NCBI GenBank assembly: GCA_017993955.1
Contig: JAGOLR010000005.1
Location: 28-64,027 of the forward strand
Source: Candidatus Omnitrophota bacterium
Lineage (GTDB): Bacteria; Omnitrophota; Gorgyraeia; 2-01-FULL-45-10
DNA length: 64,000 nt
Direction: 5' to 3'
This document shows positions 16,350 through 30,093 of the stretch, piece by piece; the first letter of the stretch is position 1; every line of letters starts with the position of its first letter. Position numbers and translations under genes: made by a program. The notes under the pieces were generated by a model that saw only the letters and a program-made list of their open reading frames with translations, was not told where the DNA came from and searched no databases.

Positions 16350-16880
16350 ATGGCTAAGCACTGGTACGTTATTCATACTCAGACAGGTTACGAAGACAGG
16401 GTCCGTACGCTTTTGGAAGGTAAGGTCAAGGCGGGCTTAGCAAAAGAAGACATAGCTCAGGTCCTTGTTCCCAAAGAACAAGTCTCCGAGATAAAATCCG
16501 GCAAAAAAAAGATATCACAGAGAAAATTTTTCCCAGGTTACATCCTTGTAGAGATGGAGCTCACGGATAATACCTGGTACCTTATTAAGAGCATACCCGG
16601 TGTAACCGGTTTCGTCGGGGCGGGCGCCAAGCCTCTACCGCTCAGGGAAGACGAGATCGGCACTATACTAAAGCAGACGCAGGAGGCGAAGGAAAAACCT
16701 ACGCCTAAGGTGCTCTTCGAAAAGGGCGAAAGCGTTCGTGTCGTCGACGGCCCGTTTATGAATTTCACCGGCACGATAGAAGATACGAATATGGCCAAAG
16801 GCAAGATCAAGGTTATGATATTGATATTTGGCCGTGCTACGCCTGTTGAACTTGAAACATGGCAGGTTGAGAAGATGTAG
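16350..16880 (+). CDS. nusG: transcription termination/antitermination factor NusG
   Basis: 176 aa MAKHWYVIHTQTGYEDRV..., NGN and KOW domains. Confidence 0.9.
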   Translation: MAKHWYVIHTQTGYEDRVRTLLEGKVKAGLAKEDIAQVLVPKEQVSEIKSGKKKISQRKFFPGYILVEMELTDNTWYLIKSIPGVTGFVGAGAKPLPLREDEIGTILKQTQEAKEKPTPKVLFEKGESVRVVDGPFMNFTGTIEDTNMAKGKIKVMILIFGRATPVELETWQVEKM

Positions 16881-16888
16881 ATCGTGTG

Positions 16889-16917
16889 TTGTCAAGCGTT
16901 CATTAAAGATGCTTAAT
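16889..16917 (+). promoter_or_regulatory. possible rplKA promoter (TTGTCA - 17 nt - CTTAAT)
   Basis: Partial match to sigma-70 consensus in the nusG-rplK spacer. Confidence 0.25.
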
Positions 16918-16962
16918 GAGCGGTTGGCGATAAACGATTAAAGATAAACGAAAGACGAAAAG

Positions 16963-17388
16963 ATGGCCAAGAAAGTTAAAGCGATAATCAAGTTGTACTG
17001 TCCGGCAGGAAGCGCCAATCCGGCACCCCCGGTAGGACCGGCCTTAGGCCAGCACGGATTGAATATAATGGAATTTTGCAAGCAGTTCAACGCAAAGACT
17101 CAAGGGCAGGACGGCTTGACTTTGCCGGTTATAATTACTGCCTATGAGGACAGGACCTTCACCTTTATTATTAAAAGCCCGCCGTGTTCGACTTTACTTA
17201 AGAGGGCATGCGGTATAGCGAAGGCCAGCGGTGTCCCGAATAAGGACAAAGTGGGTAAAGTTACCGTCGACCAGGTTAAAGAGATAGCGAGTCTTAAGAT
17301 GAAAGATCTTAATACCGATGATGTCGCGAAGGCCATTGAGATAGTAAAGGGAACGGCGCGGAGCATGGGTATAGAGGTCGAGGGGTAA
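16963..17388 (+). CDS. rplK: 50S ribosomal protein L11
   Basis: 141 aa [32 protein letters not shown]. Confidence 0.95.
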   Translation: MAKKVKAIIKLYCPAGSANPAPPVGPALGQHGLNIMEFCKQFNAKTQGQDGLTLPVIITAYEDRTFTFIIKSPPCSTLLKRACGIAKASGVPNKDKVGKVTVDQVKEIASLKMKDLNTDDVAKAIEIVKGTARSMGIEVEG

Positions 17389-17394
17389 ATATCG

Positions 17395-18096
17395 ATGAAA
17401 AAAATGACAAAGAGATTAAAGGTTGTAGAAACCTTGTATGATAAGACCAAGTCGTACAAGCTAAAAGATGCTATCTCCATAATAAAGAAGATGCCGAAGC
17501 TGAAATTTGATGAAACGATTGAGGTTTCTGCGAAGCTCAATGTTGATCCAAAGCAGTCCCAAAGCGCATCTATACGCGGCACGGTCGCATTACCTCACGG
17601 CACAGGGAAGAAAGTCCGAGTTGTGGTTTTCTGTAAAGGTGAGGAAGAGAAAAAGGCGCGTGAAGCTGGCGCGGAGTTTGTGGGGTCGGATGACTTGGTG
17701 GCTAAGATCATGGGTGGATGGTCAGACTTCGATGTAGCCGTAGCGACTCCGGACATGATGAAGGACATAGCCAGACTCGGCAAGGTGCTGGGGCCGCGCG
17801 GTCTTATGCCAAACCCAAAATCCGGGACCGTTACTATGGATACGGCAAAGACGGTAAAAGAGGTAAAGGCCGGTAAGATAGAGTTCAAAATGGACAAGCA
17901 GGCAGGTGTCCATGCTCCCGTCGGGAAGATATCATTCACTGAAGATGCCCTTCGGGATAATGCCGTGGCCCTGATAGATGCTATAATGGGTGTCCACGCT
18001 CCCGGCGGCCACGGTCAGCACGTGAAGACGCTTTTCATATCTACTACTATGGGGCCCGGCTTGCGGTTGGACCTCGCAGAATTTAAGAAAGATTAA
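17395..18096 (+). CDS. rplA: 50S ribosomal protein L1
   Basis: 233 aa, L1 family. Confidence 0.9.
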   Translation: MKKMTKRLKVVETLYDKTKSYKLKDAISIIKKMPKLKFDETIEVSAKLNVDPKQSQSASIRGTVALPHGTGKKVRVVVFCKGEEEKKAREAGAEFVGSDDLVAKIMGGWSDFDVAVATPDMMKDIARLGKVLGPRGLMPNPKSGTVTMDTAKTVKEVKAGKIEFKMDKQAGVHAPVGKISFTEDALRDNAVALIDAIMGVHAPGGHGQHVKTLFISTTMGPGLRLDLAEFKKD

Positions 18097-18100
18097 TACC

Positions 18101-18667
18101 ATGGCTAAAAAAGAAAAATTAGCGCGCATGTGCAAAGAGAAGATGATCGATGAGATCGTCTCCGGAATGAAAGAAAAGCCCAATTTTATAATAACGAGTT
18201 ATATGGGTTCTTCTGTTGCCGATCTTGAGCAATTACGACGCAATCTGAAAAAATCCTCTTCTTCGTATTTCGTAGTTAAAAATTCTGTCCTTAAGATAGT
18301 GTTCGATAAGCTTGACCTTAAGGACGAGATAGCCAAGATCGACAGCGGTATGGGGATATCGTTAAGCGGCGAGGACGTAGTCTCTACCTGTAAGGTCCTT
18401 GCTACTTTTGCCAAAGACCACGATAAATTTAAGATAAAAGGGGCGATCATAGACGGTAAGAGCATGTCTCAGGAAAGGGTGAAACAGTTAGCCTCGCTTC
18501 CTTCAAAACAGATACTTCTGACCCAGATGGTAGTTACGATGAAGTCTCCGATAACCGGTCTTGTCATGACGCTTAGCGGTGTGTTAAGGAAATTTGTAGT
18601 GGTTCTAGATGCGATAAAGACTAAACAGGGTGTTGCCGCACCTGCGGCACCGGAACAAAAAGCGTAA
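18101..18667 (+). CDS. rplJ: 50S ribosomal protein L10
   Basis: 188 aa, L10 family. Confidence 0.9.
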   Translation: MAKKEKLARMCKEKMIDEIVSGMKEKPNFIITSYMGSSVADLEQLRRNLKKSSSSYFVVKNSVLKIVFDKLDLKDEIAKIDSGMGISLSGEDVVSTCKVLATFAKDHDKFKIKGAIIDGKSMSQERVKQLASLPSKQILLTQMVVTMKSPITGLVMTLSGVLRKFVVVLDAIKTKQGVAAPAAPEQKA

Positions 18668-18694
18668 AAATACATACAAGAAGGAGAGGTAATA

Positions 18695-19111
18695 ATGGAA
18701 ACTAAAGAAGCGAAGGTTGAATTGACTGATAAGATGAAGTCCATCATGGACAGCATCGAGAAGATGACGGTTATCGAGCTTGCTGATCTGGTGAAGGCCC
18801 TTGAGGAAAAATTCGGGGTTTCCGCAGCTGCGGCCGTAAGTGTTGCGGCAGCTCCTGCAGCCGGCGGAGCAGCTGGCGGCGCACCGGCGGCCGAAGAGAA
18901 GTCTGTATTCTCGGTAGTGTTGGCCAGCGCTGGCGCAAACAAGATCCAGGTTATAAAAGAGCTCCGAGCTCTTACCAGCCTGGGTTTGAAGGAAGCCAAA
19001 GACCTTGTTGATGGCGCTCCAAAGACCATCAAAGAAGGGGCTACTAAGGAAGAGGCTGATAAGATAAAGAAGACGCTCGAAACCGCTGGCGCAAAGATAG
19101 AGTTGAAATAA
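18695..19111 (+). CDS. rplL: 50S ribosomal protein L7/L12
   Basis: 138 aa with Ala-rich hinge and conserved C-terminal domain. Confidence 0.95.
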   Translation: METKEAKVELTDKMKSIMDSIEKMTVIELADLVKALEEKFGVSAAAAVSVAAAPAAGGAAGGAPAAEEKSVFSVVLASAGANKIQVIKELRALTSLGLKEAKDLVDGAPKTIKEGATKEEADKIKKTLETAGAKIELK

Positions 19112-19215
19112 GTAGCAAATCCATGTTTCTCGCGCCGGATACGTACGGAAATATCCGTATACAGACGGCGCCTAGTGCGTGATCTTTCCACTACTTATTA
19201 TTAAAAGAAGGGCAT

Positions 19216-22200
19216 ATGCTCAAACGAAAAAGCTACGCAAAGCTTGACGAAGTATATAGGTTGCCAAATCTGCTTGAGATCCAGCTGAAGTCTTATGCCG
19301 ATTTTTTGCAGGAAGACACCCCGAAAAGTAAGCGCAAAAATACCGGCCTTGAGTCGGCTTTCCGGGAGATCTTTCCTATCGAGTCAACAGACGGTGAATA
19401 TAAACTCGAGTATCTAAGCTATAGTATCGGCAAGCCGAAATACTGCATCTTCGAGTGCAGGAAGCGTGGAATGAGTTATGCCGGAGCTCTTAAGGTTATG
19501 ATGCGTTTGAAGTCTTCCAAAGAGACCAAGGAGCAGGAGGTTTATTTGGGTGACATACCGCTGATGACCGATACGGGTACTTTTATCATTAACGGTGACG
19601 AACGCGTTGTGGTAAGCCAGCTTCATCGCTCGCCCGGTATTTCGTTCGAGGAGGAGCCGCACCCGACCGGAAAGAAAATATTTTCTGCAAGGATAATCCC
19701 ATATCGCGGGGCATGGGTTGAATTTGAGTTCGATATAAATGATGTTCTTTATGTATATGTGGACCGGCGGAGAAAATTCCTTGCCACCACCTTTTTAAGA
19801 GTTTTCGGTTATTCTTCAGATGATGAGATATTGAAGGCCTTCCATGAGGTCGAGGTCGTTGAGCTTACCAGGCAGGCTCAATTCGAAAAGCTTGTGGGAG
19901 AGATACTGGCTAAGGATGTTATTTCCAAAGAGACCAATACGGTTCTTGCTGAGCGGTTTGAGAAGATAACCCCGGCTCTTGGTGACAGAATATGGAATGC
20001 CCAGATAAGAAAGATAGAGGTGCTGAAATCCCCTATACCTGAGATTTTGAACACATTGCGCAAAGACCACTCCAAAACCAAAGAGGATGCGGCCCTCGAT
20101 ATATATAGGAAGTTGAGACCCGGCGATCCTCCGACACCTGAATCGGCGCTTACATTGATAGATCGTTTATTTTTTGATAACAAGCGCTACGATCTGGGAC
20201 AGGTTGGTCGATACATGTTAAACCGAAAACTCGACATGAACGCATCGCTTGAAGAAAGGCTGATCACCCCTAAAACCCTTGTCCGGGTCATACAGAAATT
20301 AATAGCCGTCAAGAGCGGAAACGGTCATACGGATGACATAGATCACTTGGGCAATCGAAGAATCAGGTGCGTAGGCGAACTCCTTATGAACCAGATACGC
20401 ATCGGACTTGCGCGCGTGGACCGTTCGGCTAGAGAGCGAATGAATCTGTACGATCTTTCTAATATAATGCCGCACAACCTTATCAATGCAAAACTTGTAA
20501 GCGGAGTTATAAGAGACTTCTTCGGCAGGAGCCAATTATCCCAGTTCCTTGATCAGACAAACCCGCTTGCCGAGATGACTCATAAGAGGCGCATGAGCGC
20601 TCTGGGGCCCGGCGGTCTCAACAGGGAACGCGCAGGCTTTGAAGTGCGCGATGTCCATTACTCGCATTATGGCCGTCTTTGCCCGATCGAAACTCCGGAA
20701 GGTCCGAATATAGGATTGATATCTTCGCTCAGCACCTACGCCCGGGTAAATGATTTCGGGTTCATCGAAACCCCTTACAGAAAAGTTGACAACGGACACG
20801 TTACCGACAAGATAGACTATCTATCCGCCGATGTGGAAGATCTCTATGTCATAGCTCAGGCAAATGCCAAGATAGATGAAAAAGGCAGATTTGTCGAGGA
20901 CAAGGTCTTCTGCCGTTATAAGGACGATTTCCTGCAGTCGGATCCAAAAGATGTGCAATACATGGATGTGTCTCCGCGCCAGCTTGTCTCCGTGGCCGCA
21001 AGTCTTATACCTTTCCTTGAGCATGATGATGCCAACAGGGCGCTTATGGGATCCAATATGCAGCGCCAGGCGGTGCCTTTACTTTACACCGAAGCCCCGC
21101 TTATCGGCACGGGCATGGAGTACAGGACGGCCAAAGATTCCGGGGCAGTCGTTGTTGCAAAAAATGCCGGCACCGTTTCAGCGGTTGATTCCAAAGAGAT
21201 AGTAATAAGCGGAAAACGATACGAGCTGATAAAGTTCGAGCGCTCAAATGCAAATACGTGCGTTAACCAGAGGCCGATAGTTGAACTCGGCGATAAGATA
21301 AAAGAAGGCGACGTTATTGCAGACGGTTTCGCCAGTCAAAACGGCGAGCTTGCCATGGGTAAAAATGTACTGGTCGCTTTTATGCCATGGCGCGGATACA
21401 ACTTTGAAGATGCTATACTCCTGAGCGAAAAACTTGTAGCGGAAGATAAGTATACGTCAGTTCACATAGAAGAATTCGAGATCGAAGCTCGTGATACGCG
21501 TCTCGGTAACGAAGAGATAACGCGCGATATCCCAAATGTTGGAGAAGAAGCCCTTCGTAATCTAGACGAGGGCGGCATAATACGGCTCGGTGCCGAAGTT
21601 GAGCCGGGTGACATCTTGGTAGGGAAAGTTACCCCCAAGTCAGAGACCGAGCTTTCACCCGAGGAAAAGCTATTAAGAGCCATATTTGGCGAAAAGGCTG
21701 GAGATGTACGCGACTCCTCCTTGATAGCACCTCCGGGAGTGGAAGGCATAGTAGTTGATGTGCGAGTATTTTCAAGGCGGGATGCCAGGTCCAAGACTAA
21801 AGAAGAGCGTAACCGCGAATCCAAAGAGATCAAAGAACTGGAAAAGACTTTTGAATCTCAGATCGATAAGATAAAAGAGGAAAAATACCGGAAGCTTCAT
21901 AAGCTTTTGGTCGGACAGAGGCTGCAGGCCGGAATACTTGATCAGGAGTCCGGGAGGACGCTGATATCCCAGGGCAGGACTGTAAGGATAAAAGATGTAA
22001 AAAAGATCGTCGAGAAAGGCGACCTTGAAAATATAAAGATAAATAACCCTGAGCTTGAACAGGAAGTATCCAGAATAGCCCGGCTTCTTGATAGCCAGAT
22101 AGAAGAGATAACATTCGAACTTGAGCGCGAAATAGACAGGGTCAAGCGCGGAGACGAGCTGCCCCCGGGTGTGTTGAAGAAAGTAAAAGTGTGCGTCGCA

Positions 22201-22923
22201 AGCAAGAAAAAAATATCGGTTGGCGACAAGATGGCGGGCCGTCATGGAAACAAAGGTGTTGTAGCAAAGATATTGCCCGAAGAGGATATGCCTTTTCTGG
22301 CAGACGGTACACCCGTCGAGATAGTGCTAAATCCTCTTGGTGTTCCCAGCCGTATGAATGTAGGTCAAATATTGGAAACGCATCTAGGGTGGGCGGCAAA
22401 GATATTGGGCTTCCATGTCTCTTCGCCTGTTTTTGATGGTGCGACAGAAGCAGAGATCAAACAGGAGATGAAAAAGGCCGGTCTGCCCCCGGAGGGGAAG
22501 GTCGCAGTATACGACGGTTTTACGGGCAAGCCTTTCGACCAGAAAGTTACGGTAGGTTACATCTATATGATGAAACTGGCCCATTTGGTAGACGATAAGA
22601 TACACGCCAGGTCCATCGGTCCATATTCACTGGTAACCCAGCAGCCGCTTGGCGGTAAGGCGCAGTTCGGCGGACAGCGTTTCGGGGAGATGGAAGTTTG
22701 GGCCCTGGAGGCTTACGGCGCCGCTTATACATTACAAGAGCTTTTGACGGTTAAGTCGGACGACGTCGCCGGAAGGACCAAGATATATGAGGCTATCGTA
22801 AAGGGTGACAATAAGCTTCAGCATGGTACTCCGGAGTCATTTAACGTGCTGGTAAAGGAATTACAGAGTTTGGGATTGGACTTCAAAATGGAAAATAAAG
22901 CCCAGGAAGAGAAGGGGAAATGA
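19216..22923 (+). CDS. rpoB: DNA-directed RNA polymerase subunit beta
   Basis: 1235 aa with conserved RpoB motifs ([20 protein letters not shown]). Confidence 0.97.
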   Translation: MLKRKSYAKLDEVYRLPNLLEIQLKSYADFLQEDTPKSKRKNTGLESAFREIFPIESTDGEYKLEYLSYSIGKPKYCIFECRKRGMSYAGALKVMMRLKSSKETKEQEVYLGDIPLMTDTGTFIINGDERVVVSQLHRSPGISFEEEPHPTGKKIFSARIIPYRGAWVEFEFDINDVLYVYVDRRRKFLATTFLRVFGYSSDDEILKAFHEVEVVELTRQAQFEKLVGEILAKDVISKETNTVLAERFEKITPALGDRIWNAQIRKIEVLKSPIPEILNTLRKDHSKTKEDAALDIYRKLRPGDPPTPESALTLIDRLFFDNKRYDLGQVGRYMLNRKLDMNASLEERLITPKTLVRVIQKLIAVKSGNGHTDDIDHLGNRRIRCVGELLMNQIRIGLARVDRSARERMNLYDLSNIMPHNLINAKLVSGVIRDFFGRSQLSQFLDQTNPLAEMTHKRRMSALGPGGLNRERAGFEVRDVHYSHYGRLCPIETPEGPNIGLISSLSTYARVNDFGFIETPYRKVDNGHVTDKIDYLSADVEDLYVIAQANAKIDEKGRFVEDKVFCRYKDDFLQSDPKDVQYMDVSPRQLVSVAASLIPFLEHDDANRALMGSNMQRQAVPLLYTEAPLIGTGMEYRTAKDSGAVVVAKNAGTVSAVDSKEIVISGKRYELIKFERSNANTCVNQRPIVELGDKIKEGDVIADGFASQNGELAMGKNVLVAFMPWRGYNFEDAILLSEKLVAEDKYTSVHIEEFEIEARDTRLGNEEITRDIPNVGEEALRNLDEGGIIRLGAEVEPGDILVGKVTPKSETELSPEEKLLRAIFGEKAGDVRDSSLIAPPGVEGIVVDVRVFSRRDARSKTKEERNRESKEIKELEKTFESQIDKIKEEKYRKLHKLLVGQRLQAGILDQESGRTLISQGRTVRIKDVKKIVEKGDLENIKINNPELEQEVSRIARLLDSQIEEITFELEREIDRVKRGDELPPGVLKKVKVCVASKKKISVGDKMAGRHGNKGVVAKILPEEDMPFLADGTPVEIVLNPLGVPSRMNVGQILETHLGWAAKILGFHVSSPVFDGATEAEIKQEMKKAGLPPEGKVAVYDGFTGKPFDQKVTVGYIYMMKLAHLVDDKIHARSIGPYSLVTQQPLGGKAQFGGQRFGEMEVWALEAYGAAYTLQELLTVKSDDVAGRTKIYEAIVKGDNKLQHGTPESFNVLVKELQSLGLDFKMENKAQEEKGK

Positions 22924-25900
22924 TGACAGACGAGATAGTCCAATTTAATTCAGTCAATGTCAGAATAGCTTCGCCCCAGGTGATCAAGTCTTGGTCTAAA
23001 GGGGAAGTTAAGAAACCCGAAACGATAAACTACCGCACTTTAAAGCCGGAAAAAGACGGACTCTTCTGCGAGCGTATATTCGGGCCTACCAAAGATTACG
23101 AGTGCAATTGCGGAAAATATAAAAGGATAAAACATAAGGGCATCATCTGCGACAGGTGCGGTGTAGAAATAACCAGGTCCTCCGTAAGGCGCGAGAGGAT
23201 GGGACATATCGAACTGGCTTGCCCTGTATCGCATGTATGGTTCTTTAAGGTCATGCCTTCCCGTATAGGTATAATGCTCGGGATGAGCGGTCGCGATCTC
23301 GAAAAGGTACTCTATTACGAAGAGTATATCGTCTTGGACCCCGGTGAGACGCCGCTAAAGAAGATGGATCTTCTTTCCGAGGAGCGTTATAAGGAATATA
23401 GAGATAAGTTCGGCCAAAAATTCATAGCTAAAATGGGAGCCGAGGCCATAAAAGAGCTTCTTAAAGAGATAGATCTGGCAAAGATGACCGCAAGGCTCAG
23501 GAAAGAGATAAAAGAGTCTAAGGTTGACAGCGCCCAACATAAAAAGAGTGTTAAACTTCTGAGGTTTGTGGAGGCGTTCAAAAATTCAGGCAATAAAGCC
23601 GAGTGGATGATACTGGATATATTGCCGGTTATCCCGCCGGATCTCAGACCGCTGGTCCCTCTCGACGGCGGCAGGTTCGCTACCAGCGATCTAAACGATC
23701 TCTACAGACGTGTTATCAACAGGAATAATCGTCTAAAAAAGCTTATAGAGCTTAAAGCGCCTGAGATCATTATACGTAATGAAAAGCGCATGCTGCAAGA
23801 GGCGGTGGACGCGCTATTCGATAACGGCAGGCATGGCAAACCGGTTCTTGGGCCAGGCAACAGGCCTCTCAAGTCTCTTTCTGATATGTTGAAAGGCAAA
23901 CAAGGACGGTTCAGACAGAACCTTCTCGGAAAGCGCGTGGATTATTCAGGTAGAAGCGTCATCGTCGTAGGCCCTGAATTAAAACTTAACGAGTGCGGCC
24001 TTCCAAAGAAGATGGCCCTTGAGCTTTTTGAGCCTTTTATAATAAAGAAGCTGAAAGAAAAAGGTTTTGTCCATACCATCAAGAGCGCAAAGAAGATGGT
24101 AGAAAAAGCAAAGCTCGAAGTCTGGGATATTTTGGACGACGTAATAAAAGATCATCCGGTCATGCTTAACAGGGCGCCTACTCTTCACAGGCTTGGTATA
24201 CAGGCTTTTCAGCCGGTCCTTATAGAAGGTAACGCCATAAGATTGCATCCTCTTGTATGCACCGCTTTTAACGCCGATTTCGACGGTGATCAGATGGCTG
24301 TGCATGTGCCGCTTTCTCTGGAGGCCCAGACCGAGTGCAAACTCCTAATGATGTCGACAAACAATATCTTCTCGCCATCTAACGGTCGGCCTATAACAAG
24401 TCCCACTCAGGATATTGTTTTAGGCTGTTACTATCTGACAAAAGAGCGTCCCGGCGCGAAAGGCGAGGGAAGAAGCTTCGCTTCCGCCGAAGAAGTGCAC
24501 ATATCGTATGAGGACGGAGAACTGGACCTTCATGCCAAGATAAAGATGGAGCTCGACGGCAAAATAATCGAAACCACTACCGGCAGGGTTAAGTTCAACT
24601 CATTCTTACCGGAAGGCGTAGGTTATGTCAACGATGAGATGTCAAAATCGAAATTGAGCAAAGTCATAGATAAGTGCTACAAACTCAAAGGGCACCAATC
24701 CGTAATAAAACTTCTCGATGATCTTAAGAAGGCCGGTTTTGAGGAAGCCACTAAGGCGGGGCTTTCGATTTCAGTTGATGACTTCAAGATACCAAAGGAA
24801 AAAGACGAGTGTCTTGCTAAGACAGAGGCTGAGGTCGACCAGGTTGAGGACCGTTATAAGAAAGGTATAATAACCGATCGCGAAAGATATAACAAGATAG
24901 TCGACTACTGGACGCATGCCACCGATGAAGTCGCTGATCTTATATTCAAGGGCTTGGATTCCTTTAATCCGGTATTTATGATGGCAGATTCGGGCGCCAG
25001 AGGATCGAAACTGCAGATACGTCAGCTGGCGGGTATGCGCGGCCTTATGGCAAAGCCTTCCGGTGAAATCATCGAGACGCCCATTAAGGCGAATTTTAGA
25101 GAGGGCCTGACCGTGCTTGAGTACTTCATCTCTACTCATGGCGCGCGCAAAGGTCTTGCCGACACGGCGCTGAAAACGGCAGATTCGGGATATCTTACCA
25201 GACGTCTTGTTGATGTCGCGCAGGATGTAATTATAAGCATAGACGATTGCTCCACGGTTAACGGCATCTTGATAAGTGCAATTATCGAAGGAGACGAAGT
25301 GGTTGTGAAGCTGTCCGAGCGCATCATAGGCAGGGTGGCCCTTGACAACATAGTTGATATTATAACCGATACGGTTCTTGTAGAGGCCGGCACTGAAATA
25401 ACCGAGGAAAAGGCTAAACTCATAGAAGAGGCCGGCATCGAAAAGATACGCATACGAAGTGTGCTTACCTGCGAGGCGCGTCATGGAGTGTGCGCTAAAT
25501 GTTACGGCCGCAATCTTGCTAACGGCAGGATGGTAGAATTGGGCGAGGCCGTAGGCATTATAGCGGCTCAGTCGATAGGCGAGCCGGGAACTCAGCTCAC
25601 CATGAGAACATTCCATATCGGTGGTACCGCGTCTAGGGTTGTAGAACAATCCTATATAGAGTCAAAGAACAAAGGTATAGTCAAGTATCATAACTTGAAA
25701 GTTGTAGAGACCAGGAAGCCGGGAGAGTTTGTCGTGCTTAACAGAAACGGGCAGATCACTATTAATGATGCCACGGGCCGTGAATACGAAAGATATACCG
25801 TACCTCAGGGTTCTATAATAAAAGTGCAGGAAGATAAGCCGATAGAAGCCGGTGTTGCTTTCGTAAAATGGGACCCCTACACAGTTCCGATTCTTACTGA

Positions 25901-26954
25901 AGTCGGCGGCAAGGTTAGGTTTGAGGATATAAAGGACGGAGTGACGCTTAAGGAAGAGCTGGACCCGACCACAAAACTTAAGAACCGCGTAATAGTCGAA
26001 GCAAAAGGCGACTATCATCCTCAGATAGTTATACTCGATAAGAATGAAGAGGTGGCTGCTATATACCCCATACCTGCGGGCGCTCATATAGTAGTCCATG
26101 ACGGAAAGAGCGTTTCGGCCGGTGACATCCTGGTTAAGACCCCGCGAGTTGTCACAAAGACAAAAGATATAACCGGCGGTCTTCCCAGAGTAGCGGAGCT
26201 TTTTGAATCGAGACGCCCCAAAGACCCCGCTATAATAAGCGAGATCGACGGTATAGTGGAGTTCGGAGAATCTAAGAAGGGGCAGAAGCGCGTAGTGGTG
26301 AAATCGCAGACGGGAATGAAAAAAGAATACCTTATACCTCACGGAAAGCATCTGAATGTTTATAAAGGCGATAAGGTTGTGGCGGGTCAGCAGTTGATCG
26401 ATGGACCGGTTGTCCTTCAGGACATACTTCGCGTTTCCGGAGACAAGAAGTTGCAGGAATATCTGGTAAACGAAGTACAGGAAGTTTACCGTCTGCAAGG
26501 CGTGAATATTAATGATAAACACATAGAGGTGATAGTCCGGCAGATGCTGCGTAAGGTAAGGATAGAAGATCCGGGCGATACCAGTTTTCTGATCGGTCAA
26601 CAGATAGATAAGCCGGTTTACATCGAAGAGAATAAGAAGGTGGTAAAGAAAAAAGGCAAGGCCGCCAGCGCAGTTCCTATACTGCTGGGGATAACAAAAG
26701 CTTCGCTCAACACCGAAAGCTTCATATCTGCGGCTAGCTTCCAGGAGACAACCAGGATACTTACCGAAGCCGCGGCTGCCGGAAAGACCGATCAGCTCTT
26801 AGGCTTGAAAGAGAATATCATAACCGGTCACTTGATACCTGCGGGTACGGGTTTCAAGACTCACCGTGATATAGACATAGTCAAACATGTAATGGAACCT
26901 GAGGCTAAAGAATCCAGGAAGGCCGAGGGCGAAAAAGAGGTCGCTAAGGCCTAA
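22920..26954 (+). CDS. rpoC: DNA-directed RNA polymerase subunit beta'
   Basis: 1344 aa with zinc finger [20 protein letters not shown] and catalytic NADFDGD. ATGA overlap with rpoB. Confidence 0.97.
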   Translation: MMTDEIVQFNSVNVRIASPQVIKSWSKGEVKKPETINYRTLKPEKDGLFCERIFGPTKDYECNCGKYKRIKHKGIICDRCGVEITRSSVRRERMGHIELACPVSHVWFFKVMPSRIGIMLGMSGRDLEKVLYYEEYIVLDPGETPLKKMDLLSEERYKEYRDKFGQKFIAKMGAEAIKELLKEIDLAKMTARLRKEIKESKVDSAQHKKSVKLLRFVEAFKNSGNKAEWMILDILPVIPPDLRPLVPLDGGRFATSDLNDLYRRVINRNNRLKKLIELKAPEIIIRNEKRMLQEAVDALFDNGRHGKPVLGPGNRPLKSLSDMLKGKQGRFRQNLLGKRVDYSGRSVIVVGPELKLNECGLPKKMALELFEPFIIKKLKEKGFVHTIKSAKKMVEKAKLEVWDILDDVIKDHPVMLNRAPTLHRLGIQAFQPVLIEGNAIRLHPLVCTAFNADFDGDQMAVHVPLSLEAQTECKLLMMSTNNIFSPSNGRPITSPTQDIVLGCYYLTKERPGAKGEGRSFASAEEVHISYEDGELDLHAKIKMELDGKIIETTTGRVKFNSFLPEGVGYVNDEMSKSKLSKVIDKCYKLKGHQSVIKLLDDLKKAGFEEATKAGLSISVDDFKIPKEKDECLAKTEAEVDQVEDRYKKGIITDRERYNKIVDYWTHATDEVADLIFKGLDSFNPVFMMADSGARGSKLQIRQLAGMRGLMAKPSGEIIETPIKANFREGLTVLEYFISTHGARKGLADTALKTADSGYLTRRLVDVAQDVIISIDDCSTVNGILISAIIEGDEVVVKLSERIIGRVALDNIVDIITDTVLVEAGTEITEEKAKLIEEAGIEKIRIRSVLTCEARHGVCAKCYGRNLANGRMVELGEAVGIIAAQSIGEPGTQLTMRTFHIGGTASRVVEQSYIESKNKGIVKYHNLKVVETRKPGEFVVLNRNGQITINDATGREYERYTVPQGSIIKVQEDKPIEAGVAFVKWDPYTVPILTEVGGKVRFEDIKDGVTLKEELDPTTKLKNRVIVEAKGDYHPQIVILDKNEEVAAIYPIPAGAHIVVHDGKSVSAGDILVKTPRVVTKTKDITGGLPRVAELFESRRPKDPAIISEIDGIVEFGESKKGQKRVVVKSQTGMKKEYLIPHGKHLNVYKGDKVVAGQQLIDGPVVLQDILRVSGDKKLQEYLVNEVQEVYRLQGVNINDKHIEVIVRQMLRKVRIEDPGDTSFLIGQQIDKPVYIEENKKVVKKKGKAASAVPILLGITKASLNTESFISAASFQETTRILTEAAAAGKTDQLLGLKENIITGHLIPAGTGFKTHRDIDIVKHVMEPEAKESRKAEGEKEVAKA

Positions 26955-26980
26955 TCGTTGGATAATTAAGGAAGATTAAA

Positions 26981-27382
26981 ATGCCGACAATTAATCAGAT
27001 AATAAGATTGGGTAGAAAAAAATTCAAGAATAGGAGTAAATCACCTGCCTTGAAGTCATGTCCCCAGAGGCGCGGCGTATGTCTCCAGGTAAGGACGCAG
27101 ACTCCTAAGAAACCTAACTCTGCTTTACGTAAAGTGGCAAGGGTAAGGCTCACCAACGGGATAGAGGTCACTTCGTATATTCCCGGAGTCGGTCACAACC
27201 TCCAGGAACATTCGATAGTGCTTGTCAGGGGCGGAAGGGTGAAGGACCTCCCGGGTGTCCGTTATCATACAGTCAGAGGTGTTCTGGATACAGCCGGTGT
27301 TGTCGACCGTAAAAAATCCAGATCAAAATACGGCGCAAAGCGGCCAAAAGAGAAAGCCGCTGCGGCTAAGAAAGCTGCTTAA
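26981..27382 (+). CDS. rpsL: 30S ribosomal protein S12
   Basis: 133 aa [14 protein letters not shown]... [11 protein letters not shown]. Confidence 0.95.
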   Translation: MPTINQIIRLGRKKFKNRSKSPALKSCPQRRGVCLQVRTQTPKKPNSALRKVARVRLTNGIEVTSYIPGVGHNLQEHSIVLVRGGRVKDLPGVRYHTVRGVLDTAGVVDRKKSRSKYGAKRPKEKAAAAKKAA

Positions 27383-27436
27383 TACTATTTGAAAAGCCCC
27401 AGCGGTCGGGCTTATGGATAAAATGAGGAAGGTGTC

Positions 27437-27904
27437 ATGAGGCGAAGAAGAGCGGAAAAGAGGCAGGTTATACCGGATCCAAAATATAAAAGCGCGGTGG
27501 TGTCGCGTTTTATGAATGTAGTCATGAAAGAAGGCAAGAAATCTGTGGCTGAAAAGATAGTTTACAAGAGCCTCGACCTGCTTTCCGAAAAGAGCGGTAA
27601 GCCGCCTTTGGAAGCTTTTCAGAAGGCCTTAGATAATGCCAGGCCTCAGCTGGAAATCAAACCTCGCAGGATAGGAGGCGCGACTTACCAGGTACCAATC
27701 GATGTTAAGCCGGAGAGGGGTATCTCGATAGCCATGAGATGGATACGTAATTTTGCCAGGGCTAAAAAAGGTAAGCCCATGGAGATAAAACTCGCGGACG
27801 AATTGTTTGACGCTTTTAAGGGAGAGGGTTCCGCCATAAAGAAACGGGACGATACTCACAAGATGGCGGAGGCCAATAAGGCATTCGCCCATTATAGATG
27901 GTAG
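27437..27904 (+). CDS. rpsG: 30S ribosomal protein S7
   Basis: 155 aa, S7 family. Confidence 0.95.
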   Translation: MRRRRAEKRQVIPDPKYKSAVVSRFMNVVMKEGKKSVAEKIVYKSLDLLSEKSGKPPLEAFQKALDNARPQLEIKPRRIGGATYQVPIDVKPERGISIAMRWIRNFARAKKGKPMEIKLADELFDAFKGEGSAIKKRDDTHKMAEANKAFAHYRW

Positions 27905-27943
27905 TATTTCACTAAAAGGGCTGTACGCCGAAAGCTTAAAGTT

Positions 27944-30070
27944 ATGCTGACGCTGACAGATGAAAAAAAACAAATGACGACTGACGCAAGATTAGCAAAT
28001 TTAAGAAACATAGGTATTATAGCGCATATAGACGCAGGTAAGACGACCACTACCGAGCGCATACTGTTCTTCACAGGCAAGGTCTACAAGATCGGTACTG
28101 TGGATGAGGGCACGGCCGTCATGGACTTCATGGTTCAGGAGCAGGAACGCGGCATAACGATAATGAGTGCTGCTACAACATGCTTCTGGAAAGATAAGAA
28201 TATAAATATAATCGATACCCCCGGTCACGTCGACTTTACCGTTGAGGTGGAGCGATCATTAAAGGTTCTGGACGGCGCAGTAATAGTTTTATGCGCAGTC
28301 GGCGGTGTCCAGCCTCAATCCGAAACCGTTTGGAGACAGGCGGATAAATACCGTGTGCCCAGGATAGCTTTTGTAAACAAAATGGACCGTACGGGAGCGA
28401 ACTTTTTTAAGGTTCTGGAAGAGATGAAGACCCGCCTTGGCGCAAATCCTGTCCCATTGCAGGTTCCTATAGGGGCCGAAGGTTCTTTTGAAGGTATGGT
28501 GGATCTGATTACCATGAAGGCCTTCGTATATAAAGGCGATACCAAAGATGCCGGTTTTGAGATAAAAGATATACCTGAAGACGTGAAGAAGCTTGCAAGC
28601 CAGTATAGGCACGATCTTATAGTAAAATTGGGCGAGGCTGACGAACATGTTATGGAAAAGTATATCCACGAGAAAGGCCTTTATCCCAAGGAACTCGTAG
28701 AGGTTATCAGGAAGGCCACGATAAACGGCAAGATCATACCGGTTCTCTGCGGAGCATCAGCCAAAAATAAAGGGGTTCAACCGCTTTTAGATGCTATCGT
28801 TGACTATCTGCCGTCTCCGCTCGACATACCTCCTGTTAATGGGAAAAATCCGGAGACTGAGGAAGAAGTTGTTCGCAAGCCATCCGATGACGATCCTTTT
28901 ACCGCGCTCGTATTCAAGATAAAAGCCGATCCCTTTGTCGGTAAGCTTGCTTATGCCAGGGTTTATTCGGGCAAGATAGGTGCTGGGGAATATGTTTATA
29001 ATTCCGCGAAAGATTCTAAAGAACGCATAGGAAAGATATTGAAGATGCACGCCAATAAGCAAGAGATAGTCGAAGAGGCGCGTGCCGGGGATATAATAGC
29101 TGTAGTGGGTTTAAAGAATACCATAACCGGCGATACCATATGCAACGAAGATAATCCCGTAGTCCTCGAAACTATGCATTTCCCGGAGCCGGTAATATCC
29201 ATGGCTATTGAACCAAAGACCAAGGCTGATCAGGAGAAATTGGGTCTCGCTTTGAATAAACTTGCCGAAGAGGATCCCACCTTTAAAGTGTCCTACAATA
29301 AAGAGACTGGGCAGACAATTATAAGCGGCATGGGCGAGCTCCATCTCGAGATCATAGTAGACCGCATGCTTCGTGAATTTAATGTCGGCGCGAATGTTGA
29401 CAAACCGCACGTTGCATACAAAGAGACGATAACAAAACATACGCGCGCAGTCGGTAAATTCATACAGCAGTCAGGCGGTCGCGGACAATACGGTCATGTA
29501 GTCATAGAAGTTGCGCCTGCTCAGAAAGGCACCGGTATATTATTTGAGAGTAAGATCATAGGCGGCGCGATACCCCGCGAATATATACCTTCAGTAAAAG
29601 AAGGCGTGATCGATGCTGCGCAGAACGGATGCCTTGCCGGATATCCGGTGACCGATATAGATGTGAAGCTGATCGACGGGTCTTTCCATGAAGTCGATTC
29701 TTCGGACATAGCGTTTCAGATGGCGGCCTCGATCGCGCTCAATGACGGTTTGAAAAACGGCGGCTCGATACTTCTGGAGCCTATCATGAATCTGGAAGTT
29801 ATAACACCCGAAACGAATATGGGTGACGTAATAGGAGATCTCAGTTCTCGTCGGGTGAAGATAGAAGAGATAAACGATAGGACCAACCTTAAAGTCATAA
29901 AAGGTCTGGCTCCGCTCTCGGAGATGTTCGGTTACGCAACTACATTAAGAAGCTTGACACAAGGGCGCGCATCGTATACAATGGAACCTTCATTTTACCA
30001 GGAAGTGCCGAAAAGCATATCGGAAAAGATAATCGAAGCAAGCGGACATATTAAAGCTAATAGGAAATAA
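27944..30070 (+). CDS. fusA: elongation factor G
   Basis: 708 aa with [20 protein letters not shown]. True start may be Met 27974 ([15 protein letters not shown]). Confidence 0.95.
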   Translation: MLTLTDEKKQMTTDARLANLRNIGIIAHIDAGKTTTTERILFFTGKVYKIGTVDEGTAVMDFMVQEQERGITIMSAATTCFWKDKNINIIDTPGHVDFTVEVERSLKVLDGAVIVLCAVGGVQPQSETVWRQADKYRVPRIAFVNKMDRTGANFFKVLEEMKTRLGANPVPLQVPIGAEGSFEGMVDLITMKAFVYKGDTKDAGFEIKDIPEDVKKLASQYRHDLIVKLGEADEHVMEKYIHEKGLYPKELVEVIRKATINGKIIPVLCGASAKNKGVQPLLDAIVDYLPSPLDIPPVNGKNPETEEEVVRKPSDDDPFTALVFKIKADPFVGKLAYARVYSGKIGAGEYVYNSAKDSKERIGKILKMHANKQEIVEEARAGDIIAVVGLKNTITGDTICNEDNPVVLETMHFPEPVISMAIEPKTKADQEKLGLALNKLAEEDPTFKVSYNKETGQTIISGMGELHLEIIVDRMLREFNVGANVDKPHVAYKETITKHTRAVGKFIQQSGGRGQYGHVVIEVAPAQKGTGILFESKIIGGAIPREYIPSVKEGVIDAAQNGCLAGYPVTDIDVKLIDGSFHEVDSSDIAFQMAASIALNDGLKNGGSILLEPIMNLEVITPETNMGDVIGDLSSRRVKIEEINDRTNLKVIKGLAPLSEMFGYATTLRSLTQGRASYTMEPSFYQEVPKSISEKIIEASGHIKANRK

Positions 30071-30093
30071 TAAATACTATTTAGGAGGCTATT

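Noticed and set aside
19127-19170. Hairpin TACGGA-AATA-TCCGTA in the rplL-rpoB spacer as a novel element
   Set aside because: Position matches the well-known partial attenuator between rplL and rpoB. Not novel.
18469-19191. 240-aa minus-strand ORF antisense to rplJ/rplL
   Set aside because: Overlaps the conserved L10/L12 genes. Low-complexity Ala/Ser-rich translation mirrors the Ala/Glu-rich L12 hinge. Spurious.
24771-26600. Two long minus-strand ORFs (292 and 312 aa) inside rpoC
   Set aside because: Antisense to an unambiguous rpoC reading frame. Translations are low-complexity with no domains. Spurious.
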